Source: Klebsiella phage iPHaGe-KPN-11i | DNA: 64,000 nucleotides | Direction: 5' to 3' (one strand) | Sequence record: OR637327.1 | The notes under the pieces: model-generated | Seen by the model: the letters and a program-made list of their open reading frames with translations, nothing else | Database searches by the model: none | What the model was told of the DNA's origin: nothing | Made by a program: the position numbers and the translations under genes | In this document: in pieces, positions 1 to 8,952 of the stretch | Layout of the letters: each line of letters starts with the position of its first letter | Numbering within the stretch: position 1 is the first letter of the stretch

Positions 1-298
1 TTCTTTGAATGATTTCATGTTTTCAATCTCTTTTGAAAGTATGGGTATGATATACCTATTTATTGAATAGATCAACTAAATTATTCAAGGTTACGAGCGA
101 AGCGAGTTCCGTCAAGCGAAGCGAAGACGGATAGTTAACAACTGTTCAAAAACTAGTCTAAAAACTACAGTTTTCTCTATATATAAAATATAAAAATATA
201 ATAATGTAGTTCTGTAGTTTAGTTACCCAACACTCACTTCGTTCGTGTGTTCGCTTCGCTCACGGTCTAACCTAAATATCTATAAAATGGAGATCATC

Positions 299-838
299 AT
301 GAATACAACTGCTATGATCCTGAACCAGATTTCACCTACTAACTTCATGTTAGATATTCCTGACAATGATTATGTAAAAGGGTTGAAACTACAAGTTCAG
401 GGTGTTACACTACCTTCTATCAACATTCCAATTACGGATGTCCCACTGAACCCAATGATTCGAGGGAAGATCCCTGGATCTGCAATGGAGTTCGATCCAC
501 TGACTATTCGTTTTGCTGTTGATGAAGAACTGCGATCGTATCTTGGGGTTTACCTTTGGATGCTCGGTACTGTCGATTTCAATACCTTCGAGTCTGTGCG
601 CTGGAGTGAACCACAACAGGCAATGGCCTTGCATATTCTGGATAACTCGCAATCAAAAACTGTAGCGACATTTCGCTTCTATGGCGCTTGGCCCTCCAAC
701 CTCGGAGAGCTTGAGCTTATGTATACTAATGATTCGGATGAAGCCGTATCCTGTATGACGATGTTCAACTTTGCACACATGGAAATTGAAATCGACGGAA
801 AGGTGATCGTGCCGACTCCACGGAAAACGCAAAAATGA
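299..838 (+). CDS. tail-tube-fold protein (gp19/gp48/gp54-like)
   Basis: C-terminal GAWPSNLGELELMY...EIEIDG resembles the T4 gp19 tail-tube C-terminus (GLWPTNVGELQLDW...). GGAG RBS 6 nt upstream of the ATG at 299. Confidence 0.45.
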   Translation: MNTTAMILNQISPTNFMLDIPDNDYVKGLKLQVQGVTLPSINIPITDVPLNPMIRGKIPGSAMEFDPLTIRFAVDEELRSYLGVYLWMLGTVDFNTFESVRWSEPQQAMALHILDNSQSKTVATFRFYGAWPSNLGELELMYTNDSDEAVSCMTMFNFAHMEIEIDGKVIVPTPRKTQK

Positions 839-1503
839 TTTATGGTATTTGTGGTAAAAAGCGAACGGGTAAAGATACCGTTGCTCAAATGGTTGTGCAT
901 AACTTCCGCAATGTTGAAGTTATCGCGTTAGCCGACGAAATCAAAGCTATCCTGAAACGTTCTATGGAACATCATGATAACAGGCAATTGCGAGAACTGG
1001 CAGCGAAGAACCCGTTTTATGATGGTGACCGTGAAGCCCCGCTGGTGATGTCAAATAACGACGCATACGCGCTGTTTTCTAGCGGTATCAAAAAATTAAG
1101 TTCTCGTGGGTTCTTCATGAGTAACGCAGATGTTATCGCTCATAAAATTTGCGAAGAAAACAGCCAGCCCTGGACGATTCGCCGTTTGATGCAGGTGTTC
1201 GGGACTGATATTGTTTGTAAAATAGATCCGTCTATCTGGACTTCAATTACGCTTCAAAAAATGTTGAAATCCTACTCGGATCACTTTATCATTACCGATG
1301 TGCGTCAACCGCATGAATATAAATACCTGAGCAAGTTCGGGACTCGCTTTGTGTTCCTTGAACGTGAAACTGGTATTGAAGATAATCATTCAACGGAGAA
1401 AGGTTTGACACCTGGCTTGAGTGATTATACAATCCTAAATAATGGTACGTTAGACGATTTGAAACGCAACGTGCTTAATGTATTCAATCTTTTAAGAGTG
1501 TAA
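835..1503 (+). CDS. deoxynucleoside monophosphate kinase (T4 gene 1-like)
   Basis: P-loop GKKRTGKDT. WTIRRLMQVFGTDIV, DNHSTEKGLTP and ILNNGTLDDL align with T4 gp1. ATGA coupling with the upstream gene. Confidence 0.75.
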   Translation: MIYGICGKKRTGKDTVAQMVVHNFRNVEVIALADEIKAILKRSMEHHDNRQLRELAAKNPFYDGDREAPLVMSNNDAYALFSSGIKKLSSRGFFMSNADVIAHKICEENSQPWTIRRLMQVFGTDIVCKIDPSIWTSITLQKMLKSYSDHFIITDVRQPHEYKYLSKFGTRFVFLERETGIEDNHSTEKGLTPGLSDYTILNNGTLDDLKRNVLNVFNLLRV

Positions 1504-1506
1504 ACA

Positions 1507-1773
1507 ATGACTGAACAAAACCAAACCCAACAGCTTCAAAACGATGTCCTGATCCTGAAAGCCCGTGTATTCGACCTGAACGAAATCATTCAGGGTAAAG
1601 AACAAGAACTGGCAAATCACCGTCAACTCGTAGGCCAGATTTGCGGTCTTCTGGAAATCGACGGTTCGCAGGGTGTATCCCCTGATGCCCTGATCGGCGC
1701 GATCAAAGCACTTCTGCCAGCAACAGTAGAAATCGCTGGTGATAATGAAGCGATTGATGCATCAAAAGCATAA
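1507..1773 (+). CDS. hypothetical protein (88 aa, coiled-coil-like N-terminus)
   Basis: ORF tightly following the gene-1-like CDS. A terminator hairpin lies downstream. Confidence 0.5.
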   Translation: MTEQNQTQQLQNDVLILKARVFDLNEIIQGKEQELANHRQLVGQICGLLEIDGSQGVSPDALIGAIKALLPATVEIAGDNEAIDASKA

Positions 1774-1795
1774 TTAACGCTTAGGCGTTTAACCA

Positions 1796-1819
1796 CTGGG
1801 GGCGAAAGCCCCTTTTTCA
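1796..1819 (+). terminator. rho-independent terminator
   Basis: gggggcgaaagccccc hairpin followed by a TTTTT run. Confidence 0.55.
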
Positions 1820-1831
1820 TTTGGAGTACAC

Positions 1832-2455
1832 ATGAAAAGTTTTCTTGAAGTAGCGAAACCCGTAGTTGATTCGGGGATCTATATGTGTGCGAAGTTCGAT
1901 CAGGCTTCCTGTGAAGCGCTCGCGAAGGTGCAAAAACTTCTTGGTGTAGAGAATCCTGTTTCCGCTGCAAAACTGCATACAACGATTGTGTATAGCCGTA
2001 AGACGGTTGATCTGTTCCCTGCCTCCGGTATCTCTGAACCTGCCCGACTGGTTGACGTGGAGAAGTGGGACACGAAATACGGTAATACGATCGTGGGCGT
2101 TCTGGAATCTGATTATCTCCATAGCCGCTTCAAAGATGCAATGGATGCTGGAGCAACATACGATTATGACGATTACAAACCACACGTAACGCTCGCATAT
2201 GATTCCCGCATCGAAGATATCAGCGGAGTTAAAAGACTGTTGACACTGCCCGTAGATTTGACTATTATCGAGGAAGATGCTGAACCGCTGGATCTTGATA
2301 AGAAAGTTGAAGACATCACGGAGCACATCGAACATCGCGGCGATAAATGGGTTATTCTGAACCACGATCGCACAAAAGAACTTGGTGAATATGACTCGAA
2401 GGAAGCCGCCGAAAAACGGTTATGCCAGATTGAGTTCTTCAAACATAATGGGTGA
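1832..2455 (+). CDS. 2H phosphoesterase (LigT/Acb1-like)
   Basis: Two H-x-T/S-x motifs (HTTIVYS, HVTLAYD) typical of the 2H phosphoesterase fold. Adjacent to the gene-1 homolog, as acb1/57B is in T4. Confidence 0.5.
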   Translation: MKSFLEVAKPVVDSGIYMCAKFDQASCEALAKVQKLLGVENPVSAAKLHTTIVYSRKTVDLFPASGISEPARLVDVEKWDTKYGNTIVGVLESDYLHSRFKDAMDAGATYDYDDYKPHVTLAYDSRIEDISGVKRLLTLPVDLTIIEEDAEPLDLDKKVEDITEHIEHRGDKWVILNHDRTKELGEYDSKEAAEKRLCQIEFFKHNG

Positions 2456-2458
2456 TTT

Positions 2459-3016
2459 ATGAACAGAGCACGATTGATGTATGTTATCAATAACTTACGC
2501 AGAGAAGTTAACCAAAATTTCAGTAAAGCGTTAAGTGATTGGTATGTGACAAAGGTTTCAATGACTACAGATCACATCGCAGACCGATTCCTGGATCGTT
2601 CCGCGTCAGTCAAAAAAGACTTTGCGATCTACAGTGAAATTCTTAATAGTCTCGCTAAACATTATTCGTGTAACGTTCTGTATTACGCGGTGAAAGCGAA
2701 AAACGAAGGTATGCAGGAAGTCATTGCATATCGCCGGATTAATGGCAAAGTGTTTGCCTGTGCGTTCACCGTCCAGATGTTCGAAAACATGGATGATTCT
2801 GTTGCTCACGAAAAGCCAGTGATTGCTTTACGATTCCGAACCGTTATCCCTGAGTATACGTTGAGCCTGAACACGCGAAACGCGATCCATGTGAATTACA
2901 TCGCACCTAAAATCAAGTTCGAGTATGACGGCTACAGACGCGTTATGTCACGCCTGGATCGCCTGATTGCTTCAAAAGATTGTCCGCCTCAACTACACAT
3001 GTTGAAAAATATTTGA
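2459..3016 (+). CDS. hypothetical protein (185 aa)
   Basis: ORF only. Coupled to the upstream gene. Confidence 0.5.
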   Translation: MNRARLMYVINNLRREVNQNFSKALSDWYVTKVSMTTDHIADRFLDRSASVKKDFAIYSEILNSLAKHYSCNVLYYAVKAKNEGMQEVIAYRRINGKVFACAFTVQMFENMDDSVAHEKPVIALRFRTVIPEYTLSLNTRNAIHVNYIAPKIKFEYDGYRRVMSRLDRLIASKDCPPQLHMLKNI

Positions 3017-3082
3017 AAAAAGCCCTTGCATTCGTGCAGGGGCTTTTGTTATATTAGGGGTGTCGAAACAAAGGAGGCAATC
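3017..3082 (+). promoter_or_regulatory. terminator-promoter-leader cassette (copy a, diverged)
   Basis: Hairpin agcccttgca-ttcg-tgcaggggct plus a T-run. Then TTGTTATATTA (TGnTATATT extended -10-like) and AGGAGG RBS before the ATG at 3083. Confidence 0.5.
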
Positions 3083-3223
3083 ATGAAACTTTACTGGCTG
3101 GTGTTCTCAAACGGGTTTGTAATGAAAGGCACTGTTCACTGTGCGAAAACTTATTGCAAATGGAATGAATGCTCTTTCCGTATCCTGAGCGTTGCATCTT
3201 CTCAACCTGTAGGGGATTACTAA
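3083..3223 (+). CDS. small protein (46 aa, Cys-rich)
   Basis: Start placed after the cassette leader with a strong AGGAGG RBS. The upstream in-frame sequence is translated leader. Confidence 0.35.
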   Translation: MKLYWLVFSNGFVMKGTVHCAKTYCKWNECSFRILSVASSQPVGDY

Positions 3224-3312
3224 TGACTGGTGATAAGTGGGTTGATAAAACTTTGTTGTTGACAGTAATCTACTTTCTGGTAAAATACCTGGTGTAGACA
3301 AAGGAGGGAGTT

Positions 3313-3453
3313 ATGAGAAACTTACTGAATATCGCGGAAATCTTTTGCTATGGTGTCGCTGTGTATGTCCTGTTTAACGGTGACGGCGCGGGATACTGGA
3401 TCATGTTCGGTGGTGGATTGTTCCTCTCTTTCCTCAAACGATTCTTTAAGTGA
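3313..3453 (+). CDS. small membrane protein (46 aa)
   Basis: AAGGAGGGAG RBS. Hydrophobic Gly-rich segment IFCYGVAVYVLF...GGGLFLSFL. Below the ORF-track length cutoff. Confidence 0.3.
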   Translation: MRNLLNIAEIFCYGVAVYVLFNGDGAGYWIMFGGGLFLSFLKRFFK

Positions 3454-3460
3454 GAAATAT

Positions 3461-3784
3461 ATGATGAAAAAATTTAGTGTGATCACCCCTGCTGATCTGA
3501 GAATTCTCGATCTGCGTCAATTATGTGCGGTATTTGGTGGCGAGAAAACGTTGCGTCAGATCTCCGATGAACTGAAAGCGAAATATCCGCACCAATGCCC
3601 GAAATGTGAGGGTAAAGGGTTCGAAGTCAAACGTGTTAACACGTATCCTTCTGGCTTGCCGGATTCTGGCTGGGTTGATCAGATGGAAGATATCAGTTAC
3701 GTGTGTGATATCTGTAACGGGCAAGGCTTCACCAAAGAACGCCTTATCGCAAAACCTGTCAAAGTGGAATATGTACCCGCATGA
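3461..3784 (+). CDS. zinc-ribbon protein (CxxC x2)
   Basis: CPKCEGKG...CDICNGQG paired Cys motifs. Internal ATG chosen after the small TM ORF. Confidence 0.45.
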   Translation: MMKKFSVITPADLRILDLRQLCAVFGGEKTLRQISDELKAKYPHQCPKCEGKGFEVKRVNTYPSGLPDSGWVDQMEDISYVCDICNGQGFTKERLIAKPVKVEYVPA

Positions 3785-4083
3785 AAATTACCGATCTCGT
3801 AAAGGCGGCTAATGCGCTGGTAACAAGCGATCATTACGTCAACTACTGCGAGCAATACCCTGTTCCCCTGGAACGCGCGATTGCTCAATCCGGTTATGAC
3901 GGTATCAGTACCGTAACCGTTGAAAACCTGAAAACGTTCATCGTGTTTGCTAACACGTTCTGGATGTACTTACCCGATAATATCGGAATCCGCCAGCCTA
4001 CTTTTTTCACGCTGTGCATGTTCTGTGAAACTTATCTCCCTGAATGCGATGACTACGAAGAACATTATGGAAAAAGTGAATAA
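3781..4083 (+). CDS. hypothetical protein (100 aa)
   Basis: ORF, ATGA-coupled. Confidence 0.45.
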   Translation: MKITDLVKAANALVTSDHYVNYCEQYPVPLERAIAQSGYDGISTVTVENLKTFIVFANTFWMYLPDNIGIRQPTFFTLCMFCETYLPECDDYEEHYGKSE

Positions 4084-4333
4084 AGTATCCCTGATATTCT
4101 TCGATCCGAAACTCGGTATCACGTTCTGTAACGGATTCGCGCCGAACGCCGAAGAAATGTTCAGGATTGCATTTAGCAATGAACCTGACAAACTCGATAA
4201 AGAAGTGTTGGCAGAGATAAACAAAACTGGTACGCTGTATTATGCCCGACGCAACGACATTGTGAACGGCATTCAGTACCAATCAACCCTTGAAAAACTC
4301 AAAACTGAACTGAAAGAAATAGGTGAATTATGA
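4067..4333 (+). CDS. hypothetical protein (88 aa)
   Basis: ORF. Start at MEKVNK overlaps the end of the upstream gene. Confidence 0.4.
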   Translation: MEKVNKVSLIFFDPKLGITFCNGFAPNAEEMFRIAFSNEPDKLDKEVLAEINKTGTLYYARRNDIVNGIQYQSTLEKLKTELKEIGEL

Positions 4334-4575
4334 CTTCTACAGCTATTCAACAACAAACCATTGATCATGATGCTGAATTCGCACAACTGATCAAAGAACA
4401 TAACGCTTTTGCGGCTTCTCGCGTCAATGAAGAAAGCGAACAGACCCGCCGATCCCTCTGGGTTGCCATTTACCGCGAAGTGTTCAGCGAGAAATCCGCT
4501 AACAAACACACTCAGGCAGTTGATGCAGCAGATAAAGCGCTGGCAGCATACGATCGTAAGTTCGGAGCACAGTAA
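4330..4575 (+). CDS. hypothetical protein (81 aa)
   Basis: ORF, ATGA-coupled on both sides. Confidence 0.45.
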   Translation: MTSTAIQQQTIDHDAEFAQLIKEHNAFAASRVNEESEQTRRSLWVAIYREVFSEKSANKHTQAVDAADKALAAYDRKFGAQ

Positions 4576-4988
4576 TGGAACGGTCTGCTGGTATTCTCTT
4601 CCTGAATAACGGCAGCGTTTTAATGGGCCACGCAACCGAAACGCCTCATTGGGACATCCCAAAGGGGCATATCGAAAAAGGCGAAGAACCTATTCACGCT
4701 GCGATCCGTGAGTGCTTCGAAGAAACCGGAGTTCTTGTTGAACCGCACGAACTGGAAAGCCTCGGAAGACTGGATTATACCAGTAAAAAAGAGCTTTACT
4801 TATTCGTGTATAAAGGCAATAATTACCCCGAAGCCGATAAATGCTTCTGTGCGTCAACGTTCGTGAAGAACGGGCGAACCATCACAGAAATGGACGGTTT
4901 CAAATATGTTCCGTATAGCCAGATCCGCGATCATGCGCGTAAGACTATGGGACAACTTCTATCTAAACTTGTGGGATATACATCATGA
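4575..4988 (+). CDS. Nudix hydrolase
   Basis: Nudix box GHIEKGEEPIHAAIRECFEETGV (GX5EX7REUXEEXGU). Confidence 0.7.
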   Translation: MERSAGILFLNNGSVLMGHATETPHWDIPKGHIEKGEEPIHAAIRECFEETGVLVEPHELESLGRLDYTSKKELYLFVYKGNNYPEADKCFCASTFVKNGRTITEMDGFKYVPYSQIRDHARKTMGQLLSKLVGYTS

Positions 4989-5365
4989 AAGCAACTACTT
5001 TCCAAATCTGCCAAATGATCCTTCTGGCTACCGCAACCCGCGCCGCTGAACCTATCGCGTATCAGTCATGGGGTGATTCATTCACCGTGAAAAATATTCG
5101 CGATCTGCCTGGACGCCTTTACGCTTCCCCTGATTTCGAACCCGTCGATCCGAATGATTTGACGCTGGAAGAAATGAAAAATCTGGGCTTCCGTAAGTGG
5201 AGCGACGATTCAAACATGATGCTGATCCCTCTGTATCTGTTGCCATACCTGAAAGACGGTTTCCGCGCTATCAGTATCAGCGGTGAAGAATTTGAATTCA
5301 GCACTGGTGAATCAGATAACGATCATCGTATGGGGCTGCTGTCTTTCGGGGCATTGCCTAAATGA
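4985..5365 (+). CDS. hypothetical protein (126 aa)
   Basis: ORF, coupled. Confidence 0.5.
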   Translation: MKATTFQICQMILLATATRAAEPIAYQSWGDSFTVKNIRDLPGRLYASPDFEPVDPNDLTLEEMKNLGFRKWSDDSNMMLIPLYLLPYLKDGFRAISISGEEFEFSTGESDNDHRMGLLSFGALPK

Positions 5366-5622
5366 GTCACGTTGATTTCAACACCTTATCTCAATTGGGG
5401 CTGATTTGGAAAATCAATAAAGATATCCTGCATCCCCTGGGGCTGGCGTTGACGCGTGATCCTGAAACTGGCGTATCAATCGGTGCGCTGGTTTCCGATG
5501 ATGGTGTCTGGTCGTTCAGCGAAAAATCAGACTTTGAAAACATCGCAAAGTTGAATAAACTTTATGCTTTACAGGCCGAAGGAAAGCTGTTAGAGTTCCT
5601 ACAACAAAACGTGAAAGAGTGA
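5362..5622 (+). CDS. hypothetical protein (86 aa)
   Basis: ORF, coupled. Confidence 0.5.
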   Translation: MSHVDFNTLSQLGLIWKINKDILHPLGLALTRDPETGVSIGALVSDDGVWSFSEKSDFENIAKLNKLYALQAEGKLLEFLQQNVKE

Positions 5623-5628
5623 TATATT

Positions 5629-5967
5629 ATGACTTACAAAGCTGGCGATCGTGTAGTAACCGTTAAGGATGGTAAGTTTGCCAAAGCCGGAACGCACGGA
5701 ATTGTCAATACCGACCGTGATGGTATTCTGGGTGTGGTTGGGCCGGATCATGGAAAATCAACATTATTCGAAACAGACAAAGTGCGTATCGCAACCGCTG
5801 CTGATCCTGGTTACTATGGAACCCGCGACGAGTTCGAAAGTGAAAAGGATCAGGAGATCGCAGAACTGAAAACTAAAGTTCATAACGCGCGGGTGTTGGC
5901 GGTGATTTGCCTTACCGTTGCGGCTATCAATACTGGTTTGTTGGGTTGGGTGGTGAATCATGTCTAA
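5629..5967 (+). CDS. hypothetical protein with C-terminal TM helix
   Basis: Hydrophobic C-terminus VLAVICLTVAAINTGLLGWVV. Confidence 0.5.
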   Translation: MTYKAGDRVVTVKDGKFAKAGTHGIVNTDRDGILGVVGPDHGKSTLFETDKVRIATAADPGYYGTRDEFESEKDQEIAELKTKVHNARVLAVICLTVAAINTGLLGWVVNHV

Positions 5968-6493
5968 AGATGATATTCCGGTTCATAACCGTATCCGCGA
6001 TCAGTTAACTTTTCGCAGTCGCGATCACGCGATCATGGTTGGGAGTTATCTGCATTGGTGGAAGAATAAAGATCTGGATCTGAATCCATCTTATCAGCGC
6101 CCCTATGTGTGGACGCAGAAAGAGCAAGATGCGTTTCTGACTACCCTGATCAGTGGTTTCCCTTGCGGTATCATCGCGATCGCGGTTGATAGCCAGTTCA
6201 ACGAAACTCACTGGGTAGAAGTCATCGACGGTAAACAACGCCTGACGACGATTATCAAAGTCTACGAAGGTGAAATTGGGATTCCTATGCCGGACGGTTC
6301 CCGTTTGTTCTGGGACGAAATGCCACGACACGAACAGCGAGCCTTTGAAAACATTTCATTACCTGCCCTGGGGCTGGATGAATGCACCAAAAAGGATCGT
6401 CTGGAATTCTTCATCAAACTGAACTTCGCGGGTGTGCCTCAATCTCAAGATCACATGAACCGCGTCCTGGAAATGTATAAGGCTGCAAAATGA
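5960..6493 (+). CDS. DUF262/ParB-like nuclease-domain protein
   Basis: DGKQRLTT motif (the DGQQR signature of DUF262/ParB-like NTPase folds). YQRPYVW upstream of it. Confidence 0.45.
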   Translation: MSKDDIPVHNRIRDQLTFRSRDHAIMVGSYLHWWKNKDLDLNPSYQRPYVWTQKEQDAFLTTLISGFPCGIIAIAVDSQFNETHWVEVIDGKQRLTTIIKVYEGEIGIPMPDGSRLFWDEMPRHEQRAFENISLPALGLDECTKKDRLEFFIKLNFAGVPQSQDHMNRVLEMYKAAK

Positions 6494-6798
6494 ACAAAGA
6501 CGAAGAACTGTATATGGATTCAGCAGAACCAAACCAGTTTATCATCGGCAAAGAAGATCATGAACTGTTGCAAGCGGTTAAAAACTTGCTGGCGTATTCT
6601 CATATCCGCGTACCGAATGGCGATAATGCAAAACTGGAAATCTCGTGTTCTGGTTATGGTTACACCGCTACCGCTGATAAACTCATTAGCTATTCCGCAT
6701 CAAGAACCCGTGAACTGGTTCATTACCGCGATAAATTGAGTGAAGAAATCCATCAAACTCAGGTAATTGTAGACCAGTTGCCAGAAAAATTCGATTAA
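6490..6798 (+). CDS. hypothetical protein (102 aa)
   Basis: ORF, coupled. Confidence 0.5.
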   Translation: MNKDEELYMDSAEPNQFIIGKEDHELLQAVKNLLAYSHIRVPNGDNAKLEISCSGYGYTATADKLISYSASRTRELVHYRDKLSEEIHQTQVIVDQLPEKFD

Positions 6799-6803
6799 AG
6801 TGA

Positions 6804-6877
6804 AAAAAGCCCTTGCAGCAATGCAGGGGCTTTGTTATATTACACACATCGAAACGAAACAGAGAAAGGAAAACATC
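6804..6877 (+). promoter_or_regulatory. terminator-promoter-leader cassette (copy b)
   Basis: Hairpin gcccttgcagcaatgcaggggc with a T-run. Then TTGTTATATTACACACATCGAAACGAAACAG and the RBS AAAGGAAA. Confidence 0.55.
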
Positions 6878-7081
6878 ATGAACATGAACAAAAACATTGC
6901 TTCTGTAGTTGGTTGTGAAGTTTCTAACGCAGAACGTTATGACAACGGTTTCTCTTTCTGTGTTCCGACTGAACTCGATGCGTACAAAGCCGCATACAAA
7001 TACCGCACTATGCCGATGGTGAACGTTACTTACTCACCGAACATCGAAATGTGGGTTGTTCAGGTTTACAACAAAGTATGA
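6878..7081 (+). CDS. small protein (67 aa), probably highly expressed
   Basis: First ATG after the conserved leader. Confidence 0.5.
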   Translation: MNMNKNIASVVGCEVSNAERYDNGFSFCVPTELDAYKAAYKYRTMPMVNVTYSPNIEMWVVQVYNKV

Positions 7082-7272
7082 ACTTCCACGAACGCAAGGC
7101 CGCACGAACCGATTATTATATGCGGTTCGTGTATGGCTGGAAATTACGGAAATGTGTTGCATGTAATGGATCTGGGCGATATGATAGCGACCGATCTCCG
7201 AAATGCAGTTCATGTAATGGAACCGGAAAAGAACGCTTTAAACCTGTGAGGAATATATTATGCAACATGTGA
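7078..7272 (+). CDS. zinc-finger protein (CxxC...CxxC)
   Basis: CVACNGSG...CSSCNGTG. ATGA overlap with the upstream gene. Confidence 0.4.
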   Translation: MNFHERKAARTDYYMRFVYGWKLRKCVACNGSGRYDSDRSPKCSSCNGTGKERFKPVRNILCNM

Positions 7273-7676
7273 ATCTCAACCCAAAAATGGAAAAGTATCT
7301 GAATCGCCGTCATGACAACCAGGCGCAAAGGGATCAGGAACGCGCAATCAACATTGAAACGGCTAAACTCCTTACCCAGATGTTCCGTAAGTTTCCTAGC
7401 AAATTCCCATGCAATTCTATGCATTCAAGTAACTGTATCAGCGTAGAACTGGCTGATAAGCGTTGTATCAGGGTTAACCTGGCTTACGGGTTATCCGAAG
7501 ACGGATATAACCTGGTGATGGGCTGGACATCAATGATTGGCAACTTCGTTGAACAGAACAATATTGAGTTCAATATGATGCGCTCTGATTTGTTCCAGTG
7601 TCCGGTCGATTCAATCAATATCGGTAGCCTTTACGCTATCCTTCGCGCACAATATGATTTGTGGAGTACAAAATGA
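7260..7676 (+). CDS. hypothetical protein (138 aa)
   Basis: ORF. Confidence 0.5.
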   Translation: MQHVNLNPKMEKYLNRRHDNQAQRDQERAINIETAKLLTQMFRKFPSKFPCNSMHSSNCISVELADKRCIRVNLAYGLSEDGYNLVMGWTSMIGNFVEQNNIEFNMMRSDLFQCPVDSINIGSLYAILRAQYDLWSTK

Positions 7677-8263
7677 AAGTAACAAGTGAAAAACTTGAAG
7701 AAATTGAAAAATCAGCCCGTTCGATTTCTTTTATGATGGGTAGTAAGTGGACTCTCGTTGAAAATATGAGCATCCAGGGAAATCAGGAATATGGTTTCAG
7801 GGGCAAAGAGTATAAACGCGCGTTCTCATATGGTGTTCCATATGGCGACAGCCCTACACAGATTAAAAGCTGGGAAGAGGGTCTCGGAAAATATCTGGAA
7901 ACCGTAGATCCGCAAACGGTTCTGGATCTGGTTAGCGATCTGTCACTCGCGCTTCGAGACAAGCAAAAAGCAGAATCAGAAGCCGCACACTGGAAAGCAA
8001 ATCATGAATGTGAAGTATCCCGCGCCCGTGTCCTCAAAGAGCGTCCTGATATGCCGCTGGAGCGCGTCAACGCATACAACCGTATGGTTGAGTTAGAAGA
8101 GGAAAACAAAGCCTTAAAACAGCGTATAGCGAGCCTGGAGGATGTCAATCAAACCCGCATGATGTTGCAGATGATTCAGGGTATGGTGATTGATACCCAA
8201 AACATGAACCGCGAACAACTGCGCTACTGGCAAACACATTTCCGCAATCCTAACGGGTGGTAA
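7673..8263 (+). CDS. hypothetical coiled-coil protein
   Basis: GGAG RBS before the ATG at 7673. Coiled-coil-like C-terminal half. Confidence 0.5.
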   Translation: MKVTSEKLEEIEKSARSISFMMGSKWTLVENMSIQGNQEYGFRGKEYKRAFSYGVPYGDSPTQIKSWEEGLGKYLETVDPQTVLDLVSDLSLALRDKQKAESEAAHWKANHECEVSRARVLKERPDMPLERVNAYNRMVELEEENKALKQRIASLEDVNQTRMMLQMIQGMVIDTQNMNREQLRYWQTHFRNPNGW

Positions 8264-8264
8264 T

Positions 8265-8513
8265 ATGTTCGGACGAAAACGAGAATGTAAACATGTTGCT
8301 ACCGGATGGATGCGGGGAACTCCTTACGCCTGGATGCATCATTCCGTAACCGATGGGATCGGGCGTATACATGGCGATATGTATGCAACATGCGACAAGT
8401 GCGGGGAGAAGTTTTTGATGTGTAAGATACACGTTGACCACGCGATCCGTGAGCTGGCAAAACATCCAATCACCCGCGCCGAAATCCTTCGAATCCTCGA
8501 AGAAACAAAATAG
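8265..8513 (+). CDS. hypothetical Cys/His-rich protein (82 aa)
   Basis: ORF with a CDKCGEK...H..H zinc-binding-like pattern. Confidence 0.45.
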   Translation: MFGRKRECKHVATGWMRGTPYAWMHHSVTDGIGRIHGDMYATCDKCGEKFLMCKIHVDHAIRELAKHPITRAEILRILEETK

Positions 8514-8526
8514 CACTTTTTGTTTA

Positions 8527-8602
8527 AAAAGCCCCTTGCAACCGCCAGGGGCTTTTGTTATATTACACACATCGAAACGAAACAGACAAAAAGGAAATCA
8601 TC
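8527..8602 (+). promoter_or_regulatory. terminator-promoter-leader cassette (copy c)
   Basis: Hairpin gccccttgcaaccgccaggggc plus TTTT. Then TTGTTATATTACACACATCGAAACGAAACAG and the RBS AAAGGAAA. Confidence 0.55.
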
Positions 8603-8881
8603 ATGAAACTTGTTCGCGAAGCAATCAAACTGGGTAACGAATACAACGGCAAATGGTACTTCATCATTTATGACGACAACGCAGAAAAACTGGAAAAAGT
8701 TGAAGATGCATTACGTGCGATGGAAACTGGTGCTTCTGTTGGTGGTAAAGTGATGACCTGGGAAAACTACTGCGACGGTTGCCCTTGCTACAACGATGGT
8801 TTCGGTTCTGGTTTCTGGGTTGAGATTGAAGACGTTCCAGCGTTCAAAGCCGCCTGGAAAATCGCTAAGAAAATGGCATAA
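8603..8881 (+). CDS. small protein (92 aa)
   Basis: First ATG after the conserved leader. Confidence 0.5.
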   Translation: MKLVREAIKLGNEYNGKWYFIIYDDNAEKLEKVEDALRAMETGASVGGKVMTWENYCDGCPCYNDGFGSGFWVEIEDVPAFKAAWKIAKKMA

Positions 8882-8910
8882 TTAGCACGAATTGCTAAAA
8901 CTCGATAACC

Positions 8911-8952
8911 CTGATTTGTTATTGTACACACATCGAAACGAAGGAGGATATC
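8911..8952 (+). promoter_or_regulatory. promoter-leader element (copy d, no hairpin)
   Basis: TTATTGTACACACATCGAAACGAAGGAGG precedes the ATG at 8953. Confidence 0.45.
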
